From Bacteroidales bacterium (lineage in GTDB: Bacteria > Bacteroidota > Bacteroidia > Bacteroidales > ML635J-15): a stretch of DNA of 64,000 bases. The notes beneath the pieces were generated by a model. It ran no database searches and was not told the DNA's origin. It saw nothing but the letters and a program-made list of their open reading frames with translations. How positions within the stretch are numbered: position 1 is the stretch's first letter; the number at the start of each line of letters is the position of its first letter. The position numbers were made by a program, and so were the translations under genes. The stretch spans positions 3,642,023 to 3,706,022 of the forward strand of contig OY781043.1 of the NCBI GenBank assembly GCA_963676165.1, written 5' to 3'. This document shows positions 17,137 to 27,694 of the stretch, piece after piece.

Positions 17137-19317
17137 TTATTCAATGATTTCAAGTTCATCAATAATATTGCTTGCATCACCAAATTTTTCAATTACCCAG
17201 AGCACATAACGTGAATCCACATTAATGGTACGTTGCAATTCAGGATTGTAAATTAAGTTACTGCACAACCATTCCCAGTTTCCATCAAAAGCAAGACCCA
17301 CAAGATGTCCTTCTCCATTAAGGATAGGACTACCTGAGTTCCCACCGGTAATGTCATTATCACTAAGGAAACATACAGGAACAGAACCAGTTTCATCAGC
17401 ATAACGTCCAAAGTCTTTGTCTTCAATTAACTGGATAAGTTTTGGATCCAGGTCAAATTCTCCATCTCCAGGGATGTATTTTTCAAGAATACCTTCAACG
17501 TATGTAAATTCACGATAATGAACAGCATCACGAGGATCATAATCTTTAACCGAACCGTAAGTAAGGCGCAATGTAGAGTTAGCATCTGGATAGAATGCTT
17601 TATTTGACTGGAATTCACGCAATCCTGAAATAAATTCACGCTCATTCACAGCAATCTGATCCATCATACCAAGGTATTCCATTTGTGAACCCATTAATTC
17701 ACCTATAACACCGTCCCAAAGCATAATAATTGGATCATTCGCCAATTTTTTTGCTTTTGGTTTATCAAGAAAACTCATCATGCGTTCTTCACTTGTAAAG
17801 ATTGATTTTTCAAATGTTTCATCAACAAAACTTTCAATGGATTCTTCAATACTTTTTCCTTTAAATTCTTTAGGTAAAACTTCTGTAAAAAATGCAATTT
17901 GCTTTTCAGGATCAATATCTTGAACATAAACTAAAAGCACTGCTTGCATAATTTCACGATCAATTTCAGGATGATATCCCTCAAAGTTTTCACCAATAGT
18001 TTTCTTTAAACGATCTAGAGATGAGCTTACATCAACTTTATTTTCGAGTTGTTTTTGCAAACCTTTGAATTGCTGAGCCATCATAATTTGATCACTAGCT
18101 TGCAACAATCCAATGGATGCGTAAATCATTGATTCCGTAACCGGTCCATATTTAGTGTATAATTCTTCAAGGTTTGCTAATACATCACCATATCTAGCTT
18201 GACGAGAATCATCAGCTTTTACCCACTGAGCAAATTCTTGTTGAAGCGCTTTACGGCGTTGAATTGCATCTGTATTACGTAAATTTTCAGCTTCACCTTT
18301 AAGCATTTTGTGTCCATTAGCGAGGCTAGCATAGGTATCTGCTAATTCAAGTCTGATTTCATCATCAGCATCCATGAATTTCTTCATGATTTCAAGTTTC
18401 TTTCCAAAAAGACGAACAACAGAAGGATTGAAATAATCTTTTTTGTATTCCATTCCCCAAGAACTCAGATAACGCTCAGTTGTTCCAGGATATCCCATAA
18501 TCATGGTATAATCACCTTCTTTTACTCCTTTAATTGAGACAGGAAGAAAATGTAAAGGTTTGTAAGGTACGTTTGATTCTTCATAACCTTCAGTCGGATT
18601 TCCATCAGGTGTCATATACACACGGAAGATAGAAAAATCTCCTGTATGACGTGGCCACATCCAGTTATCAGTGTCACCACCATATTTACCAATGCTTGAA
18701 GGAGGAGCACCTACGAAGCGTACATCACCGAACACCTCATAAACAAAAAGATAATACTCACCGCCTTGATACATTTCTTTTACATTTGCTTTGTAATGTG
18801 TACCCTCAATGGCTTCATCTTTTATTGTTTTAATTCGATCTGAAACAAGTTTTGCTCTTTCACTTTCTTCCATTTCATAAGTGATTTCTTCCAAAATACG
18901 GTCAGTTACATTTTCAATGCGAACGACACGTGATACAGACAATCCAGGAACAGCAATTTCTTCATCATGAGATTTTGCCCAAAAACCATCATCAAGGTAA
19001 TTGTTTTCTGTAGATGACAATGTAGCAATCGACTCATATCCACAATGATGATTAGTAAACATCAACCCTTTAGAGGAAACTATTTCACCAGTACAAAAAC
19101 CAGCTCCACCTTCTCCAATAAGTTGAAAAATTGCATCTTTCAATGATGAATTATTGATACTATAAATTTCTTCTGGACTGAGTTTCAAACCCAACTTTTG
19201 CATATCAGTATAATTCATCTTGCTGATATGACCAGGAATCCACATTCCTTCGTCAGCTTTTACTGTTGAAATAAAAGCAAACAGAATGGCTAAAATTAAC
19301 GTTAAATGTTTTTTCAT
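17137..19317 (-). CDS. S46-family dipeptidyl-peptidase (DPP7/DPP11-like)
   Basis: Signal peptide, then the mature N-terminus ADEGMWIP typical of S46. Catalytic His context FTNHHCG and catalytic Ser context DITGGNSGSPILN. I prefer the ATG at 19317. Confidence 0.85.
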   Translation of the reverse strand: MKKHLTLILAILFAFISTVKADEGMWIPGHISKMNYTDMQKLGLKLSPEEIYSINNSSLKDAIFQLIGEGGAGFCTGEIVSSKGLMFTNHHCGYESIATLSSTENNYLDDGFWAKSHDEEIAVPGLSVSRVVRIENVTDRILEEITYEMEESERAKLVSDRIKTIKDEAIEGTHYKANVKEMYQGGEYYLFVYEVFGDVRFVGAPPSSIGKYGGDTDNWMWPRHTGDFSIFRVYMTPDGNPTEGYEESNVPYKPLHFLPVSIKGVKEGDYTMIMGYPGTTERYLSSWGMEYKKDYFNPSVVRLFGKKLEIMKKFMDADDEIRLELADTYASLANGHKMLKGEAENLRNTDAIQRRKALQQEFAQWVKADDSRQARYGDVLANLEELYTKYGPVTESMIYASIGLLQASDQIMMAQQFKGLQKQLENKVDVSSSLDRLKKTIGENFEGYHPEIDREIMQAVLLVYVQDIDPEKQIAFFTEVLPKEFKGKSIEESIESFVDETFEKSIFTSEERMMSFLDKPKAKKLANDPIIMLWDGVIGELMGSQMEYLGMMDQIAVNEREFISGLREFQSNKAFYPDANSTLRLTYGSVKDYDPRDAVHYREFTYVEGILEKYIPGDGEFDLDPKLIQLIEDKDFGRYADETGSVPVCFLSDNDITGGNSGSPILNGEGHLVGLAFDGNWEWLCSNLIYNPELQRTINVDSRYVLWVIEKFGDASNIIDELEIIE

Positions 19318-19542
19318 GTTACGATTTTTGATGTTAACAACTTCTTGCAATTTAGCACAAAAGCAGCACACTACAAATACTCTGCTGTTAATATGTTCTT
19401 AAGAAAAGCTTTGCATTCACTAAAACAACAAAGCCAACACACTGTTATAATGACAGTTAAACGATGCCTAATAATATTTCAGAAGTTGTTCAGATGTAGC
19501 AAATAATACAGATCATCTCAACTAAACAAGAAGAAACACTGC

Positions 19543-19573
19543 TTATTTCACCACCACATTGATAATTTTCTTA
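19543..19573. repeat. 31-bp direct repeat R1: duplicated copy of the leuS 3' end
   Basis: TTATTTCACCACCACATTGATaATTTTCTTA matches 20199-20229 at 30 of 31 positions. Confidence 0.85.
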
Positions 19574-19791
19574 AATAATAAATAAGGAAAACATATATAA
19601 CAAATTGTTTTTCACAATGTTGACCGATAAAGGTTTTAAGTTTTCTCTCCAATAGCCAGCTGACCGAGATGATACTGATTTCAATGTATTTAGATAGGAC
19701 GAATCTTTTTTCTATATATACATCATTTTTATTGGACAGCACTGTTTTTTTATTAAATTTACCAATAGATATAAACTAAATTGTATTTATT

Positions 19792-20190
19792 ATGAGAACA
19801 AAACAACTTCTCCTGACAATATTCTTTCTTTTAATCCTTGGTTTAACATCCGCTTTTGCGGACATTGTCATTGTAATTAAAGGAGGGAAAGTACATGATG
19901 ATGGCAGTGTAACGTATCATTTAATTGAGATGAGGTTTAATGATAATGAAAATCTTTATCTCAAGAAATGCAAAGGAAAAGGTCCAAATGCTTTTCCTAC
20001 AACAGGTATTGTTACCGTTGGTAATACAAAAATCCATGTTGAAAATGAAATTTATCCAATGATTATCAGTGAACTGAAAAATGGAAACAAAAAAGGCTCA
20101 GCGACGATTTCTGGAATTGAATTTTTCTGGAAAAACGCCAAACTTATCGGTGATAATCATTTGGAATGTAAACTGACAATTAAAGAATAA
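19792..20190 (+). CDS. Hypothetical small secreted protein
   Basis: 132 aa with a clear signal peptide (LLLTIFFLLILGLTSAFA). No recognisable motif. It lies inside the repeat-flanked 656-bp insert. Confidence 0.5.
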   Translation: MRTKQLLLTIFFLLILGLTSAFADIVIVIKGGKVHDDGSVTYHLIEMRFNDNENLYLKKCKGKGPNAFPTTGIVTVGNTKIHVENEIYPMIISELKNGNKKGSATISGIEFFWKNAKLIGDNHLECKLTIKE

Positions 20191-20198
20191 ACGATTCT

Positions 20199-20229
20199 TT
20201 ATTTCACCACCACATTGATGATTTTCTTA
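20199..20229. repeat. 31-bp direct repeat R2: the authentic leuS stop codon plus last 9 codons
   Basis: TTATTTCACCACCACATTGATgATTTTCTTA. It is the partner of 19543-19573. Confidence 0.85.
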
Positions 20230-22985
20230 GGCACAAGGATGAATTTCACCACTTGTTTTCCTTCCAACCATTTTTGTGCATTTTCATGCTCTAAAATGGC
20301 TTTTTCAATGGCATCTTTGCTCATATTCAAAGGAAATTCTTGCTTAAAACGCATTTTTCCATTGAAAGAAACTGGATATTCATAACTGTTTTCCACCAAA
20401 AGTGCCGGATCATATTCTGGGAATACTGCTTTTGTTACAGATTCCTCATGACCTAGTAATGACCACAATTCTTCAGCAAGATGAGGAGCAAAAGGCGCAA
20501 TCAAAATTGCCATTGGCTCGAGAATTTCCCGTTGATTTGCATTTAGATCAGCCAAGTCATTGGTAATTATCATAAATGTACTAATGCAGGTATTGAAAGA
20601 GAAACGTTCAATGTCCTCTCCGACTTTCTTAATGCAAGCATGAAGCACTTTCTTTGTTTTTGCATCAGCAGCTTCCTCACTGACAGAAAGTTCATTTTCA
20701 CTGTTGTGAAATAAACGCCAGAATTTCTTTACAAAACGAGAAACACCTTCAATTCCATTGGTATCCCATGGTTTATGAGCTTCAATCGGACCAAGAAACA
20801 TTTCGTACATTCTCAAAGTATCGGCACCGTATTGCTCCACCAAATCATCTGGGTTTTGGACATTGTATTTTGATTTGGACATTTTTTCCACTTCCCATCC
20901 ACAGATGTACTTTCCATCTTCAAGGATGAATTCTGCATCGGCGAACTCTACACGCCATTGCTTGAAAGCCTCAACATCCAATACATCATTATTCACAAAA
21001 TTAATATCCACATGTTGACGCACTGTATCGTAATCTTTTCGTAAGCCGTAGCTTACAAATTGATTGGTATTTTTAACCCGATACACAAAACTTGAGCGTC
21101 CTTGAATCATTCCTTGATTAATCAGCTTTTTGAATGGCTCTTCTTTTACGGAAAGTCCCAAATCAAAGAGGAACTTATTCCAGAAACGAGCATAAATCAA
21201 GTGTCCGGTAGCATGCTCAGCTCCACCAATATATAAATCCACATCCTGCCAGTAATTGACTGCTTCAGGTGAAAAATATTGTGCATCGTTATGTGGATCC
21301 ATGTATCGTAAATAATACCCGCTGGAACCTGCAAAACCTGGCATGGTGTTCGTTTCTAAAGGATATCCTTCTTTAGTTTTCCAATTTTCTGCACGTGCAA
21401 GTGGTGGATCACCGGCTTCTGTCGGCAAATATTTATCCACTTCAGGCAAGTTCAACGGCAATTCATCTTCACTCAAACAATAAGGAATTCCATTCTTGTA
21501 ATATACAGGGAAAGGCTCTCCCCAATAACGCTGACGTGAGAAGATAGCATCTCTCAATTTGAAATTTACTTTCGCATAACCGATTTCTTTCTCTTCCAAC
21601 ATTTCTATCACAGCATCGATGGCATCTTTGACAGATAAACCATTGATTTCCTCTGAATTAATAAGTGTTCCTTCTTTAGAATCCTTGCTTTTTTCCCAAT
21701 CATCGGTATTTTCAGGGTTTTCCCCTTCAGGGACAACCACCTGAATTACAGGCAAATTAAAATGTCGTGCAAACTTAAAGTCACGGCTATCGTGTCCTGG
21801 AACTGCCATAATTGCTCCGGTACCATATCCGGCAAGCACATAATCTGCAATGTAAATTGGCAATCGAGCACCATTGAGTGGGTTGATGCCATATGCTCCG
21901 GTAAATACTCCGGTTACTTGTTTCCCTTCCATTTGACGCTCGCGCTCAGAACGGTTTTTCGCCCAAGTAACATAGTTTTCAACTTCTTCATGTTGCTCAT
22001 CGGTGGTCATTTTTTCGACAAGCTCATGTTCAGGAGCAATAACCATAAATGTGGTTCCCCACAAGGTATCAGGACGGGTTGTAAACACCTCAATAATGTC
22101 CCCATGATTTTCCAGAGTGAAATTTACCGATGCACCACGAGATTTCCCAATCCAGTATTTTTGCATTTCTCTCAGTGAATCCGACCAATCCACCTGATCT
22201 AAACCAGAAAGCAAACGATCAGCATATGCAGTGATTCGCAATGACCATTGTTTCATGACTTTGCGCTCAACAGGATGTCCTCCGCGCTCAGAAAATCCAT
22301 CTTTCACCTCATCATTAGCAAGGACAGTGCCCAATTCAGTACACCAGTTAACCATAGTATCTGAAAGGTAAGCCAAACGATAATTCATGAGCATTTCAGA
22401 TTGTTCTTGCTCGTTCATTTGTTTCCATTCATCCGCAGAAAATGCAGTATGCTCATCGTGTGCCGCATCAAGATTTTCTGAACCTTGAGTTTCAAAATGA
22501 GCAATTAAGGTTTCAATATTTTGAGCTTTCGCTTGAGCCTTATCGTACCAATGATTGAATAATTGTATGAATGTCCACTGTGTCCATTTGTAATATTTTG
22601 GATCACAGGTTTGCACTTCGCGAGACCAGTCAAAACTAAATCCAAGCTGATCAAGTTGCTGGCGATACCGTGCAATGTTCTTTTCCGTTGTAATTGCAGG
22701 GTGTGTCCCAGTTTGAATTGCATATTGCTCTGCAGGAAGTCCATATGCATCGTATCCCATTGGATGAAGCACATTAAAGCCTTTGAGTGTTTTGAAACGA
22801 GAGTAAATGTCAGAAGCAATATACCCTAAAGGATGTCCTACATGCAAACCTGCTCCGGAAGGATAAGGAAACATATCCAAAACAAAATACTTAGGTTTTG
22901 ATTCATCTTCTGTGACTTTATATGTCTGATTTTTACTCCAGTAGGATTGCCACTTTTTCTCAATTGCATTAAAATTATACTCCAT
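20199..22985 (-). CDS. leuS: Leucine--tRNA ligase
   Basis: 928 aa. Class I signatures HVGHPLGY (HIGH) and KMSKSK (KMSKS), with a CP1 editing insertion. Confidence 0.97.
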   Translation of the reverse strand: MEYNFNAIEKKWQSYWSKNQTYKVTEDESKPKYFVLDMFPYPSGAGLHVGHPLGYIASDIYSRFKTLKGFNVLHPMGYDAYGLPAEQYAIQTGTHPAITTEKNIARYRQQLDQLGFSFDWSREVQTCDPKYYKWTQWTFIQLFNHWYDKAQAKAQNIETLIAHFETQGSENLDAAHDEHTAFSADEWKQMNEQEQSEMLMNYRLAYLSDTMVNWCTELGTVLANDEVKDGFSERGGHPVERKVMKQWSLRITAYADRLLSGLDQVDWSDSLREMQKYWIGKSRGASVNFTLENHGDIIEVFTTRPDTLWGTTFMVIAPEHELVEKMTTDEQHEEVENYVTWAKNRSERERQMEGKQVTGVFTGAYGINPLNGARLPIYIADYVLAGYGTGAIMAVPGHDSRDFKFARHFNLPVIQVVVPEGENPENTDDWEKSKDSKEGTLINSEEINGLSVKDAIDAVIEMLEEKEIGYAKVNFKLRDAIFSRQRYWGEPFPVYYKNGIPYCLSEDELPLNLPEVDKYLPTEAGDPPLARAENWKTKEGYPLETNTMPGFAGSSGYYLRYMDPHNDAQYFSPEAVNYWQDVDLYIGGAEHATGHLIYARFWNKFLFDLGLSVKEEPFKKLINQGMIQGRSSFVYRVKNTNQFVSYGLRKDYDTVRQHVDINFVNNDVLDVEAFKQWRVEFADAEFILEDGKYICGWEVEKMSKSKYNVQNPDDLVEQYGADTLRMYEMFLGPIEAHKPWDTNGIEGVSRFVKKFWRLFHNSENELSVSEEAADAKTKKVLHACIKKVGEDIERFSFNTCISTFMIITNDLADLNANQREILEPMAILIAPFAPHLAEELWSLLGHEESVTKAVFPEYDPALLVENSYEYPVSFNGKMRFKQEFPLNMSKDAIEKAILEHENAQKWLEGKQVVKFILVPKKIINVVVK

Positions 22986-23065
22986 AATTTGCTTACTATT
23001 CGATTCGCAGCGAAATTAAGAAATATTATGGAAGTTTCTGACTTGTGTGAGTAGAAAGTGTTTAG

Positions 23066-23197
23066 GGCTTCGAGACTCTTGGCATAGCGTGAGATGGCTT
23101 CGAGACGATTCGCCTGTCAGCTGAGGAGGTCCGCCTGCTGGCGGTTTGTCTCGAAGCTTGGCGAATCCCTCAGTCTTCTTTTGAATCGTCTCGAAGG
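23066..23197. repeat. GC-rich cluster of four CTTCGAGAC / GTCTCGAAG repeats (two direct, two inverted)
   Basis: GGCTTCGAGAC at 23066 and 23096. GTCTCGAAG at 23148 and 23188. 23098-23111 pairs perfectly (14 bp) with 23183-23196. Nested CTGAGG/CCTCAG and CCGCC-tgct-GGCGG hairpins are present. Hand count gives 62% G+C in 23101-23160. Confidence 0.75.
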
Positions 23198-23243
23198 CAC
23201 CGGAACGACTTGAAATATCCTTGTTTCACATCGAATATTTCAC

Positions 23244-23251
23244 TATATTTG
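23244..23251 (+). promoter_or_regulatory. Candidate Bacteroidota sigma-A -7 box (TAnnTTTG)
   Basis: TATATTTG lies 20 nt upstream of the ATG at 23272. Confidence 0.35.
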
Positions 23252-23271
23252 TAGATATAAAATATCACAAC

Positions 23272-24737
23272 ATGAAACTATCTTACATTTTTAAGCCAAC
23301 TACGGTAATAATTGTAGCCATTTTAGCATTTAGCCAAGCTACAAACGCACAAAACTGGTAACTACTATCAACAGAAAAAACTTACAACTATACAAACAAC
23401 GAGACTGGCTACATTACACATCAATTATGGGTTGATAGCTCGGAAACAGTCACCAATGGAGACATGCATTTTTGAACCGTATTGCAGGTATGTGCGATAC
23501 GTGTAACGATCTCATTGAATATTATACAGGGAAATATTTCACCAACAATCACCCACAGTTTTTAATGAAAAAAGCCCTCCAAAATGAAAACTATTTTTGG
23601 ATGCAAGACTCTTCTAGCATGGTTATTTATCCTCATGCTGATTTAAATGACACCTGGCTTTTTGATAGTACCCACAATCTGACAGCTGAAGTAACTGCAT
23701 TATCCGAAGTAAATATTTTCGGACAAACAGACTCCATTAAAACCATATCGGTTAATGGAAGAGAAGTCCAGATTTAAAAATCCTTTGGCATCATTCAATT
23801 TCCGGATTATGCAACTGAAAATATGAGTTTTCAATTGATTGGCATTGAAAGTGAAGACGAATCATTCGGATATCAGCGCCCTTCTTTGTTGGATTTCTTT
23901 GATATGGAAATAGGAGACGGGAAAAAATATAAAACTTCGTATGGAAATCCTGAAGAATCATCATATAATCATATTCCATTGAAACTTATCGAGCGTAATA
24001 TAACAACTGATAGCTTAGAACTCATTTATGAAAACACGACGGACTTAAGCATTGTAAGAGAAGTGATTTACTTAAACGAGCCCCACCCTGCAACAGCTCC
24101 ACTTAATTGTTTTTATCCTTTTGCAACCGGATATGGTATGTCATCAGACTTGGAGGTTTTCTATTCTATGACAAACACACAGAAAATTTCACACACAACC
24201 TGGACTCCCGACACAACATTGGTTATGGAATTTGGTATTTGTTTTGGTTACGGATCGTTCTACTTTTGGGAATCAAATGATTTCCTTTACGCAGACAAAA
24301 TTTACGACTCTGTTAATCAGGTATTTTACAATGTTGCACTTATGGACTTCAAAAACATGGATGATTACAGTTTTAGCAACAAATTTTTTGGCAAAACCTA
24401 TGGCATGGTACATAGAGAATATTTCCATTTTGAAGAGCATTTTACAAAATGTATTTACGATTATATTGAAGATGATGGAGATTGGGTTCTAACGGTTGAT
24501 GACGACAAAAAAAACATAAACAGTCACATCTACCCAAATCCAGTCAGTGATAAATTATACATTTCAAACATTGCAGAAGGCACAGCTTATGAGATTTTTG
24601 ATCGCTTTGGGAGAAAAGTCATGGCAGGAGAATATCAACATGCTATCTCTCTTTACGAATTATCATCTGGAATGTATTTCATCCACTATCCCAAAAATCA
24701 AGATAGTATCCGAAAAAGATTTGTAGTTGTTGAATAA
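23272..24737 (+). pseudogene. Disrupted gene for a T9SS-sorted secreted protein
   Basis: Signal peptide MKLSYIFKPTTVIIVAILAFSQATNAQNW, then TAA at 23359-23361. A frame change occurs at the T5 run about 23467-23472. An in-frame TAA lies at 23775-23777. The C-terminus (IYPNPVSDKLYISNIAEGTAYEIFDRFGRKV...GMYFIHY) is a T9SS type-A sorting domain. Confidence 0.7.
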
Positions 24738-24752
24738 TAACAACCGTGTATT

Positions 24753-25703
24753 CTAAAAAACCAATTTTAGCAAATAATAAAGCAACGGCAAGCTTGCAAG
24801 ACTAAAAACGGTTGTTAAAAATATGTTTTGAGTTGCTTGAAAGTCATTCAAGCCCAATTCTCTTGCAATGACTGAAACAATTATCATGCATGGCATCCCG
24901 GCTTGCAACACGATAACGATAACAGCATCTGTATCCATCCAAGCTAAACCCAAAGACTGCAAAATATATAACACCCCAGCAACAATTGCAGGTCCGAGGA
25001 TTAGCTTATTCAAGGACAACAAATACGATCTGAAGTTTTGAATTAAAACAAGGAGTTTCACCTGTGCTAAAACAGCTCCAACATAAACCATAGAAAGATA
25101 AATTGTCGTGTGTCCAATTCCACTTAAGGCTTTGTTAAACACAAAAGGCAAACTTATCCCTGAAAAGTAAAATAGAAACCCCAATGCAAAAGCCAATGTA
25201 TTTAAATTCAACAAGTGTTTCCATGAATGTTTACTGGATTGATCAGATGCTTTACTCATCATAACTATCCCCCATGTCCACATAAGCACATCTTGCCCAA
25301 GCTGAAAAAGTGTCGCATACAGTAAACCTTTACCTCCCGGAAACAATGCATCCATCAATGGGAAACCCAAAAACACAACATTTCCAAACATAGTGTGAGC
25401 CTTATGCAATGCTTTATTCTGACGATCAAGTTTAAGAATACGAGCCGATCCACTCGACAGAAGATAAAAAACAAGGACAGAAAATGCACCAAAAACAAAT
25501 ATCACCAATCCATTGATTAAGGTTTTGCTATCCGTTTCTAAATTAGCAATGGTTGTAAAAAGCAACAAAGGAAGAGTAACCTTCATTATCACCCTAACAA
25601 GAGCTTGATTGATCTCTTTATTTACTGCCTTTAGCACAAATGCAAGATACCCTACCAGTGTAATCAATCCCAAAATCAATATTTGATTTGCAATAAGATT
25701 CAT
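24753..25703 (-). CDS. AEC-family (auxin efflux carrier-like) membrane transporter
   Basis: 316 aa, about 10 predicted TM helices in a 5+5 arrangement with a central loop, as in PF03547-type permeases. Confidence 0.65.
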   Translation of the reverse strand: MNLIANQILILGLITLVGYLAFVLKAVNKEINQALVRVIMKVTLPLLLFTTIANLETDSKTLINGLVIFVFGAFSVLVFYLLSSGSARILKLDRQNKALHKAHTMFGNVVFLGFPLMDALFPGGKGLLYATLFQLGQDVLMWTWGIVMMSKASDQSSKHSWKHLLNLNTLAFALGFLFYFSGISLPFVFNKALSGIGHTTIYLSMVYVGAVLAQVKLLVLIQNFRSYLLSLNKLILGPAIVAGVLYILQSLGLAWMDTDAVIVIVLQAGMPCMIIVSVIARELGLNDFQATQNIFLTTVFSLASLPLLYYLLKLVF

Positions 25704-25799
25704 AGTACAAAGGTAAAAAGGATGCTGAAAAAAAACTCATTCCCGTAAAAAATACCAAGCAATAGTCAATTCGCTTTTGGACATGAGATGTATGGAAAC

Positions 25800-25832
25800 A
25801 AAAAAAGCATTCACAGAAATACTGCGAATGCT
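25800..25832 (-). terminator. Rho-independent terminator after rpsT
   Basis: The minus strand reads AGCATTC-(13-nt loop)-GAATGCT followed by T7. Confidence 0.6.
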
Positions 25833-25854
25833 GTCAATATGTATGTGTAATAAT

Positions 25855-26106
25855 TTACAGGCTATTTACGTGACGTTTGATCTGTGATTTCAGACGGTCA
25901 GCTTTGTTAGCATGAATAATGCTACGTTTTGCAAGTTTATCAAGCATTGCAGAAACTTTTGGCAACAATTCTTCAGCTTCTTTTTTCTCAGTTGTTGCTT
26001 TAATTTTTCTTACAGCACTACGAGTACTTCTAGCATAATATTTATTATGAAGTCTTTTTGCTTCGTCGCGTCTGATACGTTTCAATGATGATTTATGATT
26101 CGCCAT
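25855..26106 (-). CDS. rpsT: 30S ribosomal protein S20
   Basis: 83 aa. MANHKSSLKRIRRDEAKRLHNKYYARSTRSAVRK is the canonical S20 N-terminus. Confidence 0.95.
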   Translation of the reverse strand: MANHKSSLKRIRRDEAKRLHNKYYARSTRSAVRKIKATTEKKEAEELLPKVSAMLDKLAKRSIIHANKADRLKSQIKRHVNSL

Positions 26107-26143
26107 TTTTATAAACTTTTAATCTCTAATAATTTTCGGACTG

Positions 26144-26151
26144 CAAATATA
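26144..26151 (-). promoter_or_regulatory. Candidate -7 box (TAnnTTTG) for rpsT
   Basis: The minus strand reads TATATTTG, 38 nt upstream of the rpsT ATG. Confidence 0.4.
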
Positions 26152-26248
26152 GAATTAATTTTTATCAACACAAGGAGATTATCAAATAATTTTCATTCTG
26201 CCTTAAATATTAAGCTTTTCATTGAAAATCAAGCCAAATAAACATGCT

Positions 26249-27616
26249 TTATTTCAACACACGTCTTGCCAATTTGAGTTTCTTCAATGTAAAAGGAGGG
26301 TATCTCAAATTCGGATCAGCAAAATTTGCCTTTTTAAGCACAGATTTCATGTGAGAAAAACACTCAAAGCCAGCTTTTCCATGATAAGATCCCATTCCAC
26401 TATTTCCTACTCCTCCAAAGGGAAGATTGGGATTGGTAATATGCATAATTGTATCATTTAAACATACACCACCGCTTGAGATTTTGCTTAAAAACTGCTC
26501 TTCAATTGCCTTGCTTCGAGAAAAAACGTAAAGTGCAAGTGGTTTAGGGCGTTTCAGAATCAAATCAATCGCCTCCAATTCGTTTTGCACAGAATTCACA
26601 GGCAATAAAGGTCCAAATATTTCTTCTTGCATTAAAGGATGGTCTTCAGGACATTGCTTTATAATGTGAAGATTCATTTTCTCCTCCTTGATGCCACTTT
26701 CACCAATGGGTTCAGATTCCACCCCATGAAGAAGTGTCATTAATCGCTTGGCTTTAGTCTCATTAATAATCTTGGGATAATCTGCATGTTCTCTCGGATT
26801 TTCACCCCAAAAATTACGAATATGTTGCTTTAAGGCTCCGATAAAATCTTTCTCCACATCAACATGTACATACACATGATCTGGTGCAATACATGTTTGT
26901 CCACTATTCAGCAACTTGCCATATGCGATTCGTTTGGCTGCAAGATCAATATTGGAAGTCTTGTCTACATAAACCGGAGATTTCCCTCCCAGCTCCAAAC
27001 AAACAGGTGTCATATTCTCAGCTGCAGCTTGCATAACTATCTTACCAATTGCTGGGCTTCCGGTAAAAAAGATAAAATCCCATTGTTTGGCTAAAAGTTT
27101 TTGTGACACTTCTGGACCACCAGTAAATACACTCACAGACCGATCAGGAAAATATTTTTCAAACAAAACCTGCAATACTGTCGAAGTATTCTCAGAATAT
27201 TCCGAAGGTTTTAAGCAAACAACATTTCCTGCGGCCAAAGCTGCTGCTATTGGAGCCATACTAAGGTTAACCGGATAATTCCATGGTGATATTATTAAAA
27301 CCTTACCGTAAGCTTCAGGGTAAATTTTAGATTTCGACCAAAAATTAATGAGCTGGTTTGTTCTCACGCGTTTAGGAGATGCCCATTGTTTGACATGCTT
27401 TTCCATTCTGGAAATTTCTTCCAAAACAAATCCAATTTCTGTCGCATATGATTCAAAAAACGACTTGCCTAAATCCTTATACAAAGCTTCAGATATCAAG
27501 TCTTGATTTTCTGACACACAAGCATATAATCGATGTAGCTGCTTCTTCCGCTCAGAAATATCATGATATTTTCCGTACAGAGCAAGTTTCGATTGGGTTT
27601 GGTATATTGTATCCAT
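26249..27616 (-). CDS. NAD(P)-dependent aldehyde dehydrogenase (ALDH3-like)
   Basis: 455 aa. Catalytic Glu context LELGGKSP, catalytic Cys context GQTCIAPDHVYV, and EEIFGPLLP. Confidence 0.85.
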   Translation of the reverse strand: MDTIYQTQSKLALYGKYHDISERKKQLHRLYACVSENQDLISEALYKDLGKSFFESYATEIGFVLEEISRMEKHVKQWASPKRVRTNQLINFWSKSKIYPEAYGKVLIISPWNYPVNLSMAPIAAALAAGNVVCLKPSEYSENTSTVLQVLFEKYFPDRSVSVFTGGPEVSQKLLAKQWDFIFFTGSPAIGKIVMQAAAENMTPVCLELGGKSPVYVDKTSNIDLAAKRIAYGKLLNSGQTCIAPDHVYVHVDVEKDFIGALKQHIRNFWGENPREHADYPKIINETKAKRLMTLLHGVESEPIGESGIKEEKMNLHIIKQCPEDHPLMQEEIFGPLLPVNSVQNELEAIDLILKRPKPLALYVFSRSKAIEEQFLSKISSGGVCLNDTIMHITNPNLPFGGVGNSGMGSYHGKAGFECFSHMKSVLKKANFADPNLRYPPFTLKKLKLARRVLK

Positions 27617-27694
27617 GAGATTTGTGTTTGAACGAAATTACGGATTTTTACATGAAAACAAGGAAAAATATTGCAATATTTATAATTTTGTAAC

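Noticed and set aside
23272-24737. In-frame TAA/TGA codons in the T9SS cargo gene as evidence of stop-codon reassignment or programmed readthrough.
   Set aside because: TAA, TGA and TAG all terminate conserved genes in this window at the expected protein ends (for example leuS TAA, rnr, rpsT). The gene also has a frameshift, so decay is the simpler explanation.
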